From: Eledone cirrhosa
Lineage: Eukaryota
DNA length: 64,000 nt
Assembly: GCA_964016885.1 (NCBI GenBank)
Contig: OZ024744.1
Span: 119,350,001-119,414,000, forward strand
Direction of reading: 5' to 3'
The notes beneath the pieces are model-generated. The model did no database searches. It was given only the letters and a program-made list of their open reading frames with translations, and was not told the DNA's origin. Shown here piece by piece: positions 34,756 to 52,195 of this stretch (positions are counted from its first letter, which is position 1; every line of letters begins with the position of its first letter). The translations under genes and the position numbers were made by a program.

Positions 34756-37700
34756 CACTACTACCTTGATGGCACCTACACTACTACTACTACCACTACT
34801 ACCTTGATGGCACCTACACTACTACTACCTTGATGGCACCTACACTACTACTACTACTACTACCTTGATGGCACCTACACTACTACTACAACCACTACTA
34901 CCTTGATGGCACCTACACTACTACTACTACCACTACTACCTTGATGGCACCTACACTACTACTACTACCACTACTACTACTACCTTGATGGCACCTACAC
35001 TACTACTACAACCACTACTACCTTGATGGCACCTACACACTACTACTACTACTACCTTGATGGCACCTACACTACTACTACTACCACTACCTTGATGGCA
35101 CCTACACTACTACTACTACCACTACTACATTGATGGCACCTACACTACTACTACTACCACTACTACCTTGATGGCACCTACACTACTACTACTACCACTA
35201 CTACCTTGATGGCACCTACACTACTACTACTACCACTACTACTACTACCTTGATGGCACCTACACTACTACTACAACCACTACTACCTTGATGGCACCTA
35301 CACTACTACTACTACCACTACTACTACTACCTTGATGGCACCTACACTACTACTACTACCACTACTACCTTGATGGCACCTACACTACTACTACTACCAC
35401 TACTACTACTACCTTGATGGCACCTACACTACTACTACAACCACTACTACCTTGATGGCACCTACACTACTACTACCACTACTACCTTGATGGCACCTAC
35501 ACTACTACTACTACTACTACCTTGATGGCACCTACACTACTACTACTACCACTACTACATTGATGGCACCTACACTACTACTACTACTACTACCACTACT
35601 ACCTTGATGGCACCTACACTACTACTACCACTACTACCTTGATGGCACCTACACTACTACTACTACCACTACTACCTTGATGGCACCTACACTACTACCA
35701 CTACTACCTTGATGGCACCTACACTACTACTACTACTACTACCTTGATGGCACCTACACTACTACTACTACCACTACTACCTTGATGGCACCTACACTAC
35801 TACTACTACCACTACTACCTTGATGGCACCTACACTACTACTACTACTACTACATTGATGGCACCTACACTACTACTACTACCACAACCTAAATGGCACC
35901 TACACTACTACTACTACTACTACCTTGATGGCACCTACACTACTACTACTACCACTACTACCTTGATGGCACCTACACTAATACTACTACTATCACTACA
36001 ACCTTGATGGCACCTACACTACTACTATTACTACTACTACCTTGATGGCACCTACACTACTACTACTACCACTACTACCTTGATGGTACCTACACTACTA
36101 CTACTACTAACTTGATGGCACCTACACTACTACTACTACTACTACCACTACTACCTTGATGGCACCTACACTACTACTACTACTAACTTGATGGCACCTA
36201 CACTACTACTACTACTACCACTACTACCTTGATGGCACCTACACTACTACTACTACTAACTTGATGGCACCTACACTACTACTACTACTACTACTACTAC
36301 GTTGATGGCACCTACACTACTACTACCACTAATACCTTGATGGCACCTACACTACTACTACTACTACTACCTTGATGGCACCTACACTACTACTACCACT
36401 ACTACCTTGATGGCACCTACACTACTACTACTACTACTACTACCTTCATGGCACCTACACAACTACTACTACCACTACTACCTTGATGGCACCTACACTA
36501 CAACTACTACCACTACTACCTTGATGGCACCTACACTACTACTACTACCACTACTACTACTACCTTGATGGCACCTACACTACTACTACTACTACTACTA
36601 CTACCTTGATGTCACCTACACTACTACTACTACCACTACTACCTTGATGGCACCTACACTACTACTACTACTACTACCACTACTACCTTGATGGCACCTA
36701 CACTACTACTACTACCACTACTACCTTGATGGCACCTACACTACTACTACTACTACTACTACTACTACCTTGATGGCACCTACACTACTACTACTACCAC
36801 TACTACCTTGATGGCACCTACACTACTACTACTACCACTACTACCTTGATGGCACCTACACTACTACTACTACCACTACTACCTTGATGGCACCTACACT
36901 ACTACTACTACTACTACTACCTTGATGTCACCTACACTACTACTACTACCACTACTACCTTGATGGCACCTACACTACTACTACTACCATTACTACCTTG
37001 ATGGCACCTACACTACTACTACTACCACTACTACCTTGATGGCACCTACACTACTACTACTACTACTACCACTACCTTGATGGTACCTACACTACTACTT
37101 TGATGGCACCTACACAACTACTACTACCACTACTACCTTGATGGCACCTACAATACTACTACCACTACTACTTTGATGGCACCTACACTACTACTACTAC
37201 CACTACTACCTTGATGGCACCTACACTACTACTACTACTACTACTACCTTGATGGCACCTACACTACTACTACTACTACTACTACCTTGATGGCACCTAC
37301 ACTACTACTACTACCACTACTACCTTGATGGCACCTACACTACTACTACTACCACTACTACCTTGATGGCACCTACACTACTACTACTACCACTACTACC
37401 TTGATGGCACCTACACTACTACTACTACCATTACTACCTTGATGGAACCTACACTACTACTACCACTACCACTACTACCTTGATGGCACCTACACTACTA
37501 CTACCACTACTACCTTGATGGCACCTACACTACTACTACTACCACTACTACCTTGATGGCACCTACACTACTACTACTACCACTACTACCTTGATGGCAC
37601 CTACACTACTACTACTACTACTACTACCTTGATGTCACCTACACTACTACTACTACCACTACTACCTTGATGGCACCTACACTACTACTACTATACTACT

Positions 37701-40348
37701 ACCACTACTACCTTGATGGCACCTACACTACTACTACTACTACTACCTTGATGGCACCTACACTACTACTACTACTACTACTACTACATTGATGGCACCT
37801 ACACTACTACTACTACTACCACTACTACCTTGATGGCACCTACACTACTACTACTACTACCACTACTACCTTGATGGCACCTACACTACTACTACTACTA
37901 CTACTACTACCTTGATGGCACCTAGACTACTACTACTACCACTATCACTACTACCTTGATGGCACCTACACTACTGCTACTACCACTACAACCTTGATGG
38001 CACCTCACTACTACTACTACCACTACTACCTTGATGGCACCTACACTACTACTACTACTACTACCTTGATGGTACCTACACTACTACTACTACCACTAAT
38101 ACCTTGATGGAACCTACACTACAACTAGCTTGATGGCACCTACACTACTACTACTACCATTACTACCTTGATGGCACCTCACTACTACTACCACTACCTT
38201 GATGGCACCTACACTACTACTACTACCTTGATGGCACCTACACTACTACTACTACTACTACCACTACTACATTGATGGCACCTACAGTACTACTACTACT
38301 ACTACTACTTTGATGGCACCTACAATACTACTACTACCACTACAACCTTGATGGCACCTACACTACTACTACTACTACTACCTTGATGGCACCTACACTA
38401 CTACTACTACCACTACAACCTTGATGGCACCTACACTAATACCACTACTACTACCACTACCACTTCTACCTTGATGGCACCTACACTACTACTACTACTA
38501 CCACTACAACCTTGATGGCACCTGCACTACTACTACCACTACTAACTTGATGGTACCTACACTACTACTACCACTACTACCTTGATGGCAACTACACTAC
38601 TACTACTACCACTACTACCTTGATGGCACCTACACTACTACTACTACCACTACAACCTTGATGGCACCTACACTAATACCACTACTACTACCACTACCAC
38701 TTCTACCTTGATGGCACCTACACTACTACTACTACCACTACAACCTTGATGGCACCTGCACTACTACTACCACTACTACCTTGATGGCAACTACACTACT
38801 ACTACTACCACTACTACCTTGATGGCACCTATACTACTACTACTACTACTACTACCTTGATGGCACCTACACTACTACTACTACTACTACTACTACTACC
38901 TTGATGGCACCTACACTACTACTACTACCACTACTACCTTGATGGCACCTACACTACTACTACTACCACTACTACCATGATGGCACCTACACTACTACTA
39001 CCACTACTACCTTGATGGCACCTACACTACTACTACTACCACTACTACTACCTTGATGGCACCTACACTACTACTACTACTACCACTACTACCTTGATGG
39101 CACCTACACTACTACTACAACCACTACTGCCTTGATGGCACCTACACTACTACTACTACCACTACAACCTTGATGGCACCTACACTACTACTACTACTAC
39201 CTTGATGGCACCTACACTACTACTACAACTATTACTATTACTACTAAATTGATGGCACCTACACTACTACTACTACCACTACTACCTTGATGGCACCTAC
39301 ACTACTACTACTACTACTACTACCCTGATGGCACCTACACTACTACTACTACCACTACTACCTTGATGGCACCTACACTACTACTACTACCACTACTACT
39401 ACTACATTGATGGACCCTACACTACTACTACAACCACTACCACTACTACCTTGATGACACCTACACTACTACTACCACTACTACCTTGATGGTACCTACA
39501 CTACTACTACCACTACTACTACTACCTTGATGGCACCTACACTACTACTACTACTACTACCACTACTACCTTGATGGCACCTACACTACTACTACTACTA
39601 CTACCTTGATGGCACCTACACTACTACTACTACTACCTTGATGGCACCTACACTACTACTACGACTACCTTGATGGCACCTACACTACTACTACTACTAC
39701 CACTACTACCTTGATGGCACCTACACTACTACTACCACTACCACTACTACCTTGATGGCACCTACACTACTACTACTACTACTACCTTGATGGCACCTAC
39801 ACTACTACTACTACTACCTTGATTGCACCTACACTACTACTACTACTACCTTGATGGCACCTACACTACTACTACCACTACTACCTTGATGGCACCTACA
39901 CTACTACTACTACTACTACCTTGATGGCACCTACACTACTACTACTACTACCTTGATTGCACCTACACTACTACTACTACTACCTTAATGGCACCTACAC
40001 TACTACTACCACTACTACCTTGATGGCACCTAAACTACTACTACTACTACTACTACTACTACCTTGATTGTACCTACACTACTACTACCATTACTACCTT
40101 CATGGCACCTACTCTACTACTACTACTACTACCACTACTACCTTCATGGCACCTACACTACTACTACCACTACTACCTTGATGGCATCTACACTACTACT
40201 ACCACTACCACTACTACCTTGATGGCACCTACACTACTACTACTACTACTACTACTACCTTGATGGCACCTACATTACTACTACTACCACTACTACCTTG
40301 ATGGCACCTACACTATTACTACTACCACTACTACTTTGATGGCACCTA

Positions 40349-40381
<33 letters not shown>

Positions 40382-41698
40382 CTTGATGGTACCTACACTA
40401 CTACCACTACTACCATGATGGCACCTACACTACTACTACTACCACTACTACCTTGATGACACCTACACTACTACTACTACTACTACTACCTTGATGGCAC
40501 CTACACTACTACTACTACTACCACTACTACCTTGATGACACCTACACTACTACTACTACTACTACTACCTTGAAGGCACATACACTACTACTACTACCAC
40601 TACCACTACTACCTTGATGGCACCTACACTACTACTACTACTACTACTACCACTACTACCTTCATGGCACCTAAACTACTACTACTACCACTACTAAATT
40701 GATGGCACCTACACTACTACTACTACTACTACCTTGATGGCACCTACACTACTACTACTACTACTACTACCTTGATGGCACCTACACTACTACTACTACT
40801 ACTACTACCTTAATGACAACTACACTACTACTACAACCATTACTACCTTGATGGTACCTACACTACTATTACTACCTTGATGACACCTACACTACTACTA
40901 CTACTACCACTACTACCTTCATGGCACCTAAACTACTACTACTACCACTACTAAATTGATGGCACCTACACTACTACTACTACTACTACTACCTTGATGG
41001 CACCTACACTACTACTACTACTACTACTACCTTGATGGCACCTACACTACTACTACTACTACTACTACCTTGATGGCACCTACACTACTACTACTACTAC
41101 TACTACCTTGATGGCACCTACACTACTACTACTACCACTACTACCTTGATGGTACCTACACTACTACTACTACCACTACTACCTTGATGGTACCTACACT
41201 ACTACTCTTACCTTAATGGCACCTACACTACTACTACTACCACTACTACCTTGATGGTACCTACACTACTACTACCACTACTACCTTGATGGCACTTACA
41301 CTACTACTACCACTACTATCTTGATGGCACCTACACTACTATTACTACCACTACTACCTTGATGACACCTACACTACTACTACCACTACTACATTGATGG
41401 CACCTACACTACTACTACTACGACCACAACTACCTTGATGGCACCTACACTACTACTACTACTACCACTACTACATTTATGGCACCTACACTACTACTAC
41501 TTCTACTACCTTCATGGCACCTACACTACTACTACTACTACTACCTTGATGGCACCTACACTACTACTACTACTACTACTACCTTGATGGCACCTACACT
41601 ACTACTACTACTACTACCTTGATGGCACCTACACTACTACTACTACCTTGATGACACCTACACTACTATTACCACCACTACTACCTTGATGACACCTA

Positions 41699-41731
<33 letters not shown>

Positions 41732-43758
41732 CTTGATGGCACCTACACTACTACTACTACTACTACTACCTTGATGGCACCTACACTACTACTACTACTA
41801 CCACTACTACATTTATGGCACCTACACTACTACTACTTCTACTACCTTCATGGCACCTACACTACTACTACTACTACCACTACTACCTTGATGGCACCTG
41901 CACTACTACTACTACCACTACTACCTTGAAGGCACCTACACTCTACCACTACTACTGCCACTACCACTACTACCTTGATGGCACCTACACTACTACTACT
42001 ACCACTACTACCTTGATGGCACCTACACTACTACCACTACTACCTTGATGGCACCTACACTACTACTACTACTACTACTACCTTGATGGCACCTACACTA
42101 CTACTACTACCTTGATGGCACCTACACTACTACTACTACCACTACTACCTTGATGGCACCTACACTACTACCACTACTACCTTGATGGCACCTACACTAC
42201 TACTACTACTACTACTACCTTGATGGCACCTACACTACCACTACTACCTTGATGGCACCTACACTACTACTACTACTACTACTACCACTACTACCTTCAT
42301 GGCACCTAAACTACTACTACTACCACTACTAAATTGATGGCACCTACACTACTACTACTACCTTGATGGCACCTACACTACTACTACTACCACTACTACC
42401 TTGATGGCACCTACACTACTACTACTACCACTACTACCTTGATGGCACCTACACTACTACCACTACTACCTTGATGGCACCTACACTACTACTACTACTA
42501 CTACTACCTTGATGGCACCTACACTACCACTACTACCTTGATGGCACCTACACTACTACTACTACTACTACTACCACTACTACCTTCATGGCACCTAAAC
42601 TACTACTACTACCACTACTAAATTGATGGCACCTACACTACTACTACTACCTTGATGGCACCTACACTACTACTACTACCACTACTACCTTGAAGGCACC
42701 TACACTCTACCACTACTACTGCCACTACCACTACTACCTTGATGGCACCTACACTACTACTACTACCACTACTACCTTGATGGCACCTACACTACTACCA
42801 CTACTACCTTGATGGCACCTACACTACTACTACTACTACTACTACCTTGATGGCACCTACACTACTACTACTACCTTGATGGCACCTACACTACTACTAC
42901 TACCACTACTACCTTGATGGCACCTACACTACTACCACTACTACCTTGATGGCACCTACACTACTACTACTACTACTACTACCTTGATGGCACCTACACT
43001 ACCACTACTACCTTGATGGCACCTACACTACTACTACTACTACTACTACCACTACTACCTTCATGGCACCTAAACTACTACTACTACCACTACTAAATTG
43101 ATGGCACCTACACTACTACTACTACCTTGATGGCACCTACACTACTACTACTACCACTACTACCTTGATGGCACCTACACTACTACTACTACCACTACTA
43201 CCTTGATGGCACCTACACTACTACCACTACTACCTTGATGGCACCTACACTACTACTACTACTACTACTACCTTGATGGCACCTACACTACCACTACTAC
43301 CTTGATGGCACCTACACTACTACTACTACTACTACTACCACTACTACCTTCATGGCACCTAAACTACTACTACTACCACTACTAAATTGATGGCACCTAC
43401 ACTACTACTACTACTACTACCTTGATGGCACCTACACTACTACTACTACTACTACTACCTTGATGGCACCTACACTACTACTACTACTACTACTACCTTA
43501 ATGACAACTACACTACTACTACAACCATTACTACCTTGATGGTACCTACACTACTATTACTACCTTGATGACACCTACACTACTACTACTACTACCACTA
43601 CTACCTTCATGGCACCTAAACTACTACTACTACCACTACTAAATTGATGGCACCTACACTACTACTACTACTACTACCTTGATGGCACCTACACTACTAC
43701 TACTACCTTGATGACACCTACACTACTATTACCACCACTACTACCTTGATGACACCTA

Positions 43759-43791
<33 letters not shown>

Positions 43792-44902
43792 CTTGATGGC
43801 ACCTACACTACTACTACTACTACTACTACCTTGATGGCACCTACACTACTACTACTACTACCACTACTACATTTATGGCACCTACACTACTACTACTTCT
43901 ACTACCTTCATGGCACCTACACTACTACTACTACTACCACTACTACCTTGATGGCACCTGCACTACTACTACTACCACTACTACCTTGAAGGCACCTACA
44001 CTCTACCACTACTACTGCCACTACCACTACTACCTTGATGGCACCTACACTACTACTACTACCACTACTACCTTGATGGCACCTACACTACTACCACTAC
44101 TACCTTGATGGCACCTACACTACTACTACTACTACTACTACCTTGATGGCACCTACACTACTACTACTACCTTGATGGCACCTACACTACTACTACTACC
44201 ACTACTACCTTGATGGCACCTACACTACTACCACTACTACCTTGATGGCACCTACACTACTACTACTACCTTGATGGCACCTACACTACTACTACTACCA
44301 CTACTACCTTGATGGCACCTACACTACTACTACTACCACTACTACCTTGATGGCACCTACACTACTACCACTACTACCTTGATGGCACCTACACTACTAC
44401 TACTACTACTACTACCTTGATGGCACCTACACTACCACTACTACCTTGATGGCACCTACACTACTACTACTACTACTACTACCACTACTACCTTCATGGC
44501 ACCTAAACTACTACTACTACCACTACTAAATTGATGGCACCTACACTACTACTACTACTACTACCTTGATGGCACCTACACTACTACTACTACTACTACT
44601 ACCTTGATGGCACCTACACTACTACTACTACTACTACTACCTTAATGACAACTACACTACTACTACAACCATTACTACCTTGATGGTACCTACACTACTA
44701 TTACTACCTTGATGACACCTACACTACTACTACTACTACCACTACTACCTTCATGGCACCTAAACTACTACTACTACCACTACTAAATTGATGGCACCTA
44801 CACTACTACTACTACTACTACCTTGATGGCACCTACACTACTACTACTACCTTGATGACACCTACACTACTATTACCACCACTACTACCTTGATGACACC
44901 TA

Positions 44903-44935
<33 letters not shown>

Positions 44936-47590
44936 CTTGATGGCACCTACACTACTACTACTACTACTACTACCTTGATGGCACCTACACTACTACTACT
45001 ACTACCACTACTACATTTATGGCACCTACACTACTACTACTTCTACTACCTTCATGGCACCTACACTACTACTACTACTACCACTACTACCTTGATGGCA
45101 CCTGCACTACTACTACTACCACTACTACCTTGAAGGCACCTACACTCTACCACTACTACTGCCACTACCACTACTACCTTGATGGCACCTACACTACTAC
45201 TACTACCACTACTACCTTGATGGCACCTACACTACTACCACTACTACCTTGATGGCACCTACACTACTACTACTACTACTACTACCTTGATGGCACCTAC
45301 ACTACTACTACTACCTTGATGGCACCTACACTACTACTACTACCACTACTACCTTGATGGCACCTACACTACTACCACTACTACCTTGATGGCACCTACA
45401 CTACTACTACTACTACTACTACCTTGATGGCACCTACACTACCACTACTACCTTGATGGCACCTACACTACTACTACTACTACTACTACCACTACTACCT
45501 TCATGGCACCTAAACTACTACTACTACCACTACTAAATTGATGGCACCTACACTACTACTACTACCTTGATGGCACCTACACTACTACTACTACCACTAC
45601 TACCTTGATGGCACCTACACTACTACTACTACCACTACTACCTTGATGGCACCTACACTACTACCACTACTACCTTGATGGCACCTACACTACTACTACT
45701 ACTACTACTACCTTGATGGCACCTACACTACCACTACTACCTTGATGGCACCTACACTACTACTACTACTACTACTACCACTACTACCTTCATGGCACCT
45801 AAACTACTACTACTACCACTACTAAATTGATGGCACCTACACTACTACTACTACCTTGATGGCACCTACACTACTACTACTACCACTACTACCTTGAAGG
45901 CACCTACACTCTACCACTACTACTGCCACTACCACTACTACCTTGATGGCACCTACACTACTACTACTACCACTACTACCTTGATGGCACCTACACTACT
46001 ACCACTACTACCTTGATGGCACCTACACTACTACTACTACTACTACTACCTTGATGGCACCTACACTACTACTACTACCTTGATGGCACCTACACTACTA
46101 CTACTACCACTACTACCTTGATGGCACCTACACTACTACCACTACTACCTTGATGGCACCTACACTACTACTACTACTACTACTACCTTGATGGCACCTA
46201 CACTACCACTACTACCTTGATGGCACCTACACTACTACTACTACTACTACTACCACTACTACCTTCATGGCACCTAAACTACTACTACTACCACTACTAA
46301 ATTGATGGCACCTACACTACTACTACTACCTTGATGGCACCTACACTACTACTACTACCACTACTACCTTGATGGCACCTACACTACTACTACTACCACT
46401 ACTACCTTGATGGCACCTACACTACTACCACTACTACCTTGATGGCACCTACACTACTACTACTACTACTACTACCTTGATGGCACCTACACTACCACTA
46501 CTACCTTGATGGCACCTACACTACTACTACTACTACTACTACCACTACTACCTTCATGGCACCTAAACTACTACTACTACCACTACTAAATTGATGGCAC
46601 CTACACTACTACTACTACTACTACCTTGATGGCACCTACACTACTACTACTACTACTACTACCTTGATGGCACCTACACTACTACTACTACTACTACTAC
46701 CTTAATGACAACTACACTACTACTACAACCATTACTACCTTGATGGTACCTACACTACTATTACTACCTTGATGACACCTACACTACTACTACTACTACC
46801 ACTACTACCTTCATGGCACCTAAACTACTACTACTACCACTACTAAATTGATGGCACCTACACTACTACTACTACTACTACTACCTTGATGGCACCTACA
46901 CTACTACTACTACTACTACTACCTTGATGGCACCTACACTACTACTACTACTACTACTACCTTGATGGCACCTACACTACTACTACTACTACTACTACCT
47001 TGATGGCACCTACACTACTACTACTACCACTACTACCTTGATGGTACCTACACTACTACTACTACCACTACTACCTTGATGGTACCTACACTACTACTCT
47101 TACCTTAATGGCACCTACACTACTACTACTACCACTACTACCTTGATGGTACCTACACTACTACTACCACTACTACCTTGATGGCACTTACACTACTACT
47201 ACCACTACTATCTTGATGGCACCTACACTACTATTACTACCACTACTACCTTGATGACACCTACACTACTACTACCACTACTACATTGATGGCACCTACA
47301 CTACTACTACTACGACCACAACTACCTTGATGGCACCTACACTACTACTACTACTACCACTACTACATTTATGGCACCTACACTACTACTACTTCTACTA
47401 CCTTCATGGCACCTACACTACTACTACTACTACTACCTTGATGGCACCTACACTACTACTACTACTACTACTACCTTGATGGCACCTACACTACTACTAC
47501 TACTACTACCTTGATGGCACCTACACTACTACTACTACCTTGATGACACCTACACTACTATTACCACCACTACTACCTTGATGACACCTA

Positions 47591-47623
<33 letters not shown>

Positions 47624-49030
47624 CTTGATGGCACCTACACTACTACTACTACTACTACTACCTTGATGGCACCTACACTACTACTACTACTACCACTACT
47701 ACATTTATGGCACCTACACTACTACTACTTCTACTACCTTCATGGCACCTACACTACTACTACTACTACCACTACTACCTTGATGGCACCTGCACTACTA
47801 CTACTACCACTACTACCTTGAAGGCACCTACACTCTACCACTACTACTGCCACTACCACTACTACCTTGATGGCACCTACACTACTACTACTACCACTAC
47901 TACCTTGATGGCACCTACACTACTACCACTACTACCTTGATGGCACCTACACTACTACTACTACTACTACTACCTTGATGGCACCTACACTACTACTACT
48001 ACCTTGATGGCACCTACACTACTACTACTACTACCACTACTACATTTATGGCACCTACACTACTACTACTACTACTACGATCATGGCACCTACACTACTA
48101 CTACAACCACTACCACTACGACCACGTTGGCACCTAAACTACTACTACTACTACTACTACCTTGATGGCACCTACACTACTACTACCACTACCACTACTA
48201 CCTTGATGACACCTACACTACTACTACTACCACTACTACCTTGATGGCACCTACACTACTACTACTACGACTACCTTGATGGCACCTACACTACTACTAC
48301 AACTACTACCTTGATGGCACCTACACTACTACTACCACTACTACTACTACCTTGATGGCACCTACACTACTACTACCACTACTACTACTACCTTGACGGA
48401 ACCTACACTACTATTACTACTACCTTGATGGCACCTACACTACTACTACTACTACTACCTTGATGGCACCTACACTACTACTACTACCACTACTACCTTG
48501 ATGACACCTACACTACTACTACCACTACTACCTTGATTGCACCTACACTACTACTACTACTACTAATACCTTGATGGCACATACACTACTACTACCACTA
48601 ACTTGATGGCACCTAAACTACTACTACTACTACTACTACCTTGATGGTACCGACACTACTACTACCATTACTACCATAATGGCACCTACACTACTACTAC
48701 CACTACTACCTTCATGGCACCTACACTACTACTACTACTACTACCACTACTACCTTCATGGCACCTACACTACTACTACTACTACCACTACTACTTTCAT
48801 GGCACCTACACTACTACTACTACTACCACTACTACCTTCATGGCACCTACACTACTACTACCACTACTACCTTGATGGCAGCTACACTACTACTACTACC
48901 ACTACTACCTTCATGGCACCTACACTACTACTACCACTACTACCTTGATGGCAGCTACACTACTACTACTACCACTACTACCTTGATGGCACCTACACTA
49001 CTACTACCACTAATACTTAGATGGCACCTA

Positions 49031-49066
<36 letters not shown>

Positions 49067-52000
49067 CTTGATGGTACCTACACTACTACCACTACTACTA
49101 TGATGGCACCTACACTACTACTACTACTACTACTACCTTGATGACACCTACACTACTACCACTACTACTACTACCTTGATGGCACCTACACTACTACTAC
49201 CACTACCACTACTACCTTGATGGCACCTACACTACTACTACTACCACTACTACCTTGATGGCACCTACACTACTACTACTACTACTACCTTGATGGCACC
49301 TACACTACTACTACCACTACCACTAGAACCTTGATGGCACCTACACTACTACTACCACTACAACCTTGATGGCACCTACACTACTACTACTACTACCACC
49401 TTGATGGCACCTACACTACTACTACTACTACTACTACTACCTTGAAGGCACATACACTACTACTACTACCGCTACCAATACTACCTTGATGACACCTACA
49501 CTACTACTACTACTACTATCTTGATGACACCTACACTACTACTACCACTACTAACTTGATGTCACCTACACTACTACTACTACCACTACTACCTTGATGG
49601 CACCTACACTACTATTACTACCACTACTACCTTGATGACACCTACACTACTACTACGACCACTACTACCTTGATGGCACCTACACTACTACTACTACCAC
49701 TACTACCTTGATGGCACCTACACTACTACTACTACTACTACTACCCTGATGGCACCTACACTACTACTACCACTACTACCTTAATGGCACCTACAGTACT
49801 ACTACCACTACTACCTTGATTGCACCTACACTACTACTACTACCACTACTACCTTGATGGCACCTACACTACTACTACTACCACTACCTTGATGGCACCT
49901 ACACTACTACTGCTACTACTACTACTACTACTACTACTACCTTGATGGCACCTACACTACTACTACCACTACTACCTTGATGGCCCCTACACTACTACTA
50001 CTACCACTACTACCTTGATGGCACCTACACTACTACTACTACCACTACTACCTTGATGGAACCTACTCTACTACTACTACTACTACCACTACTACCTTGA
50101 TGGCACCTACACTACTACTACCACTACTACCTTGATGGCACCTACACTACTACTTCAACCACTACCACTACTACCTTGATGGCACCTACACTATTACTAC
50201 TACCACTACTACTTTGATGGCACCTACACTACTACTACTACTACTACTACCGTGATGGCACCTACACTACTGCTACTACTACTACTACTACCTTGATGAC
50301 ACCTACACTACTACCACTACTACTACTACCTTGATGGCACCTACACTACTACTACTACTACTACTACTACTACCTTGATGGCACCTACACTACTACTACT
50401 ACTACTACTACCTTGATGGCACCTACACTACTACTACTACTACTACTACCTTGATGGCACCTACACTACTACTGCTACCACTACTTCATTGATGGCACCT
50501 ACACTACTACCACCACTACTACCTTGATGGCACCTACACTACTACTACCACTACTACCTTGATGGCACCTACACTACTACTACCACTACTACATTGATGG
50601 TACCTACACTACTACTACCACTACTACCTTGATGCAACCTACACTACTACTACTACCACTACTAGCTTGATGGCACCTACACTATTACTACTACCACTAC
50701 TAGCTTGATGGCACCTACACTACTACTACTACTACTACCTTGATGTCACCTACACTACTACTACTACTACTACCTTGATGGCACCTACACTACTACTACT
50801 ACCACTACTAGCTTGATGGCACCTACACGACTACTACTACTACCTTGATGTCACCTACACTACTACTACTACTACTACCTTGATGGCACCTACACTACTA
50901 CTACTACTACTACTACTACTACCTTGATGTCACCTACACTACTACTACTACTACTACCTTGATGGCACCTACACTACTACTACTACCACTACTACCTTGA
51001 TGGCACCTACACTACTACTACTACCACTACTACCTTGATGGCACCTACACGACTACTACTACTACTACAACTACCTTGATGGCACCTACACTACTACTAC
51101 TACTACCACTACTACCTTGATGGCACCTACACTACTACTACCACTACTACCTTGATGGCACCTACACTACTACTACCACTACTACCTTGATGGCACCTAC
51201 ACTACTACATTGATGGCACCTACACTACTACTACCACTATTACCTTGATGGCACCTACACTACTACTACTACCACTACTACCTTGATGGCACCTACACTA
51301 CTACTACTACCACTACTACCTTGATGGCACCTACACTACTACTACTACCACTACTAGCTTGATGGCACCTACACTACTACTACCACTACTACATTGATGG
51401 CACCTACACTACTACTACTACCACTAATACCTTGATGGCATCTACACTACTACTACTACCACTACTACCTTGATGGCACCTACACTACTACTACGACCCA
51501 TACTACCTTGATGGCACCTACACTACTACTACTACCACTACTACCTTGATGGCACCTACACTACTACTACCACTACCACTACTACCTTGATGGCACATAC
51601 ACTACTACTACTACCACTACTAACTTGATGGCACCTACATTACTACTACTACCACTACTACCTTGATGGCACCTACACTACTACTACTACCATTACTACC
51701 TTGATGGCACCTACACTACTACTACTACCACTACTACTACCACTACCTTCATGGCAACTACACTACTACCACTACTACTACCTTGATGGTACCTATTCTA
51801 CTACCACTACTACTACTACCTTGATGGCACCTACACTACTACTACTACCACTACTACATTGAGGGCACCTCCACTACTACTACTACTACTACTACATTTA
51901 TGGCACCTACACTACTACTACTACCACTACTACCTTGATGGCACCTACACTACTACTACTACTACTACCTTGTGGAACCTACACTACTACTACCACTACT

Positions 52001-52159
52001 ACCTTGATGGCACCTACACTACAACTACTACTACCTTGATGTCACCTACACTACTACTACTACTACTACCACCTTGAGGGAACCTACACTACTACTACCA
52101 CTACTACCTTGATGGCACCTACACTATTACTACTACCACTACTACTTTGATGGCACCTA

Positions 52160-52195
<36 letters not shown>

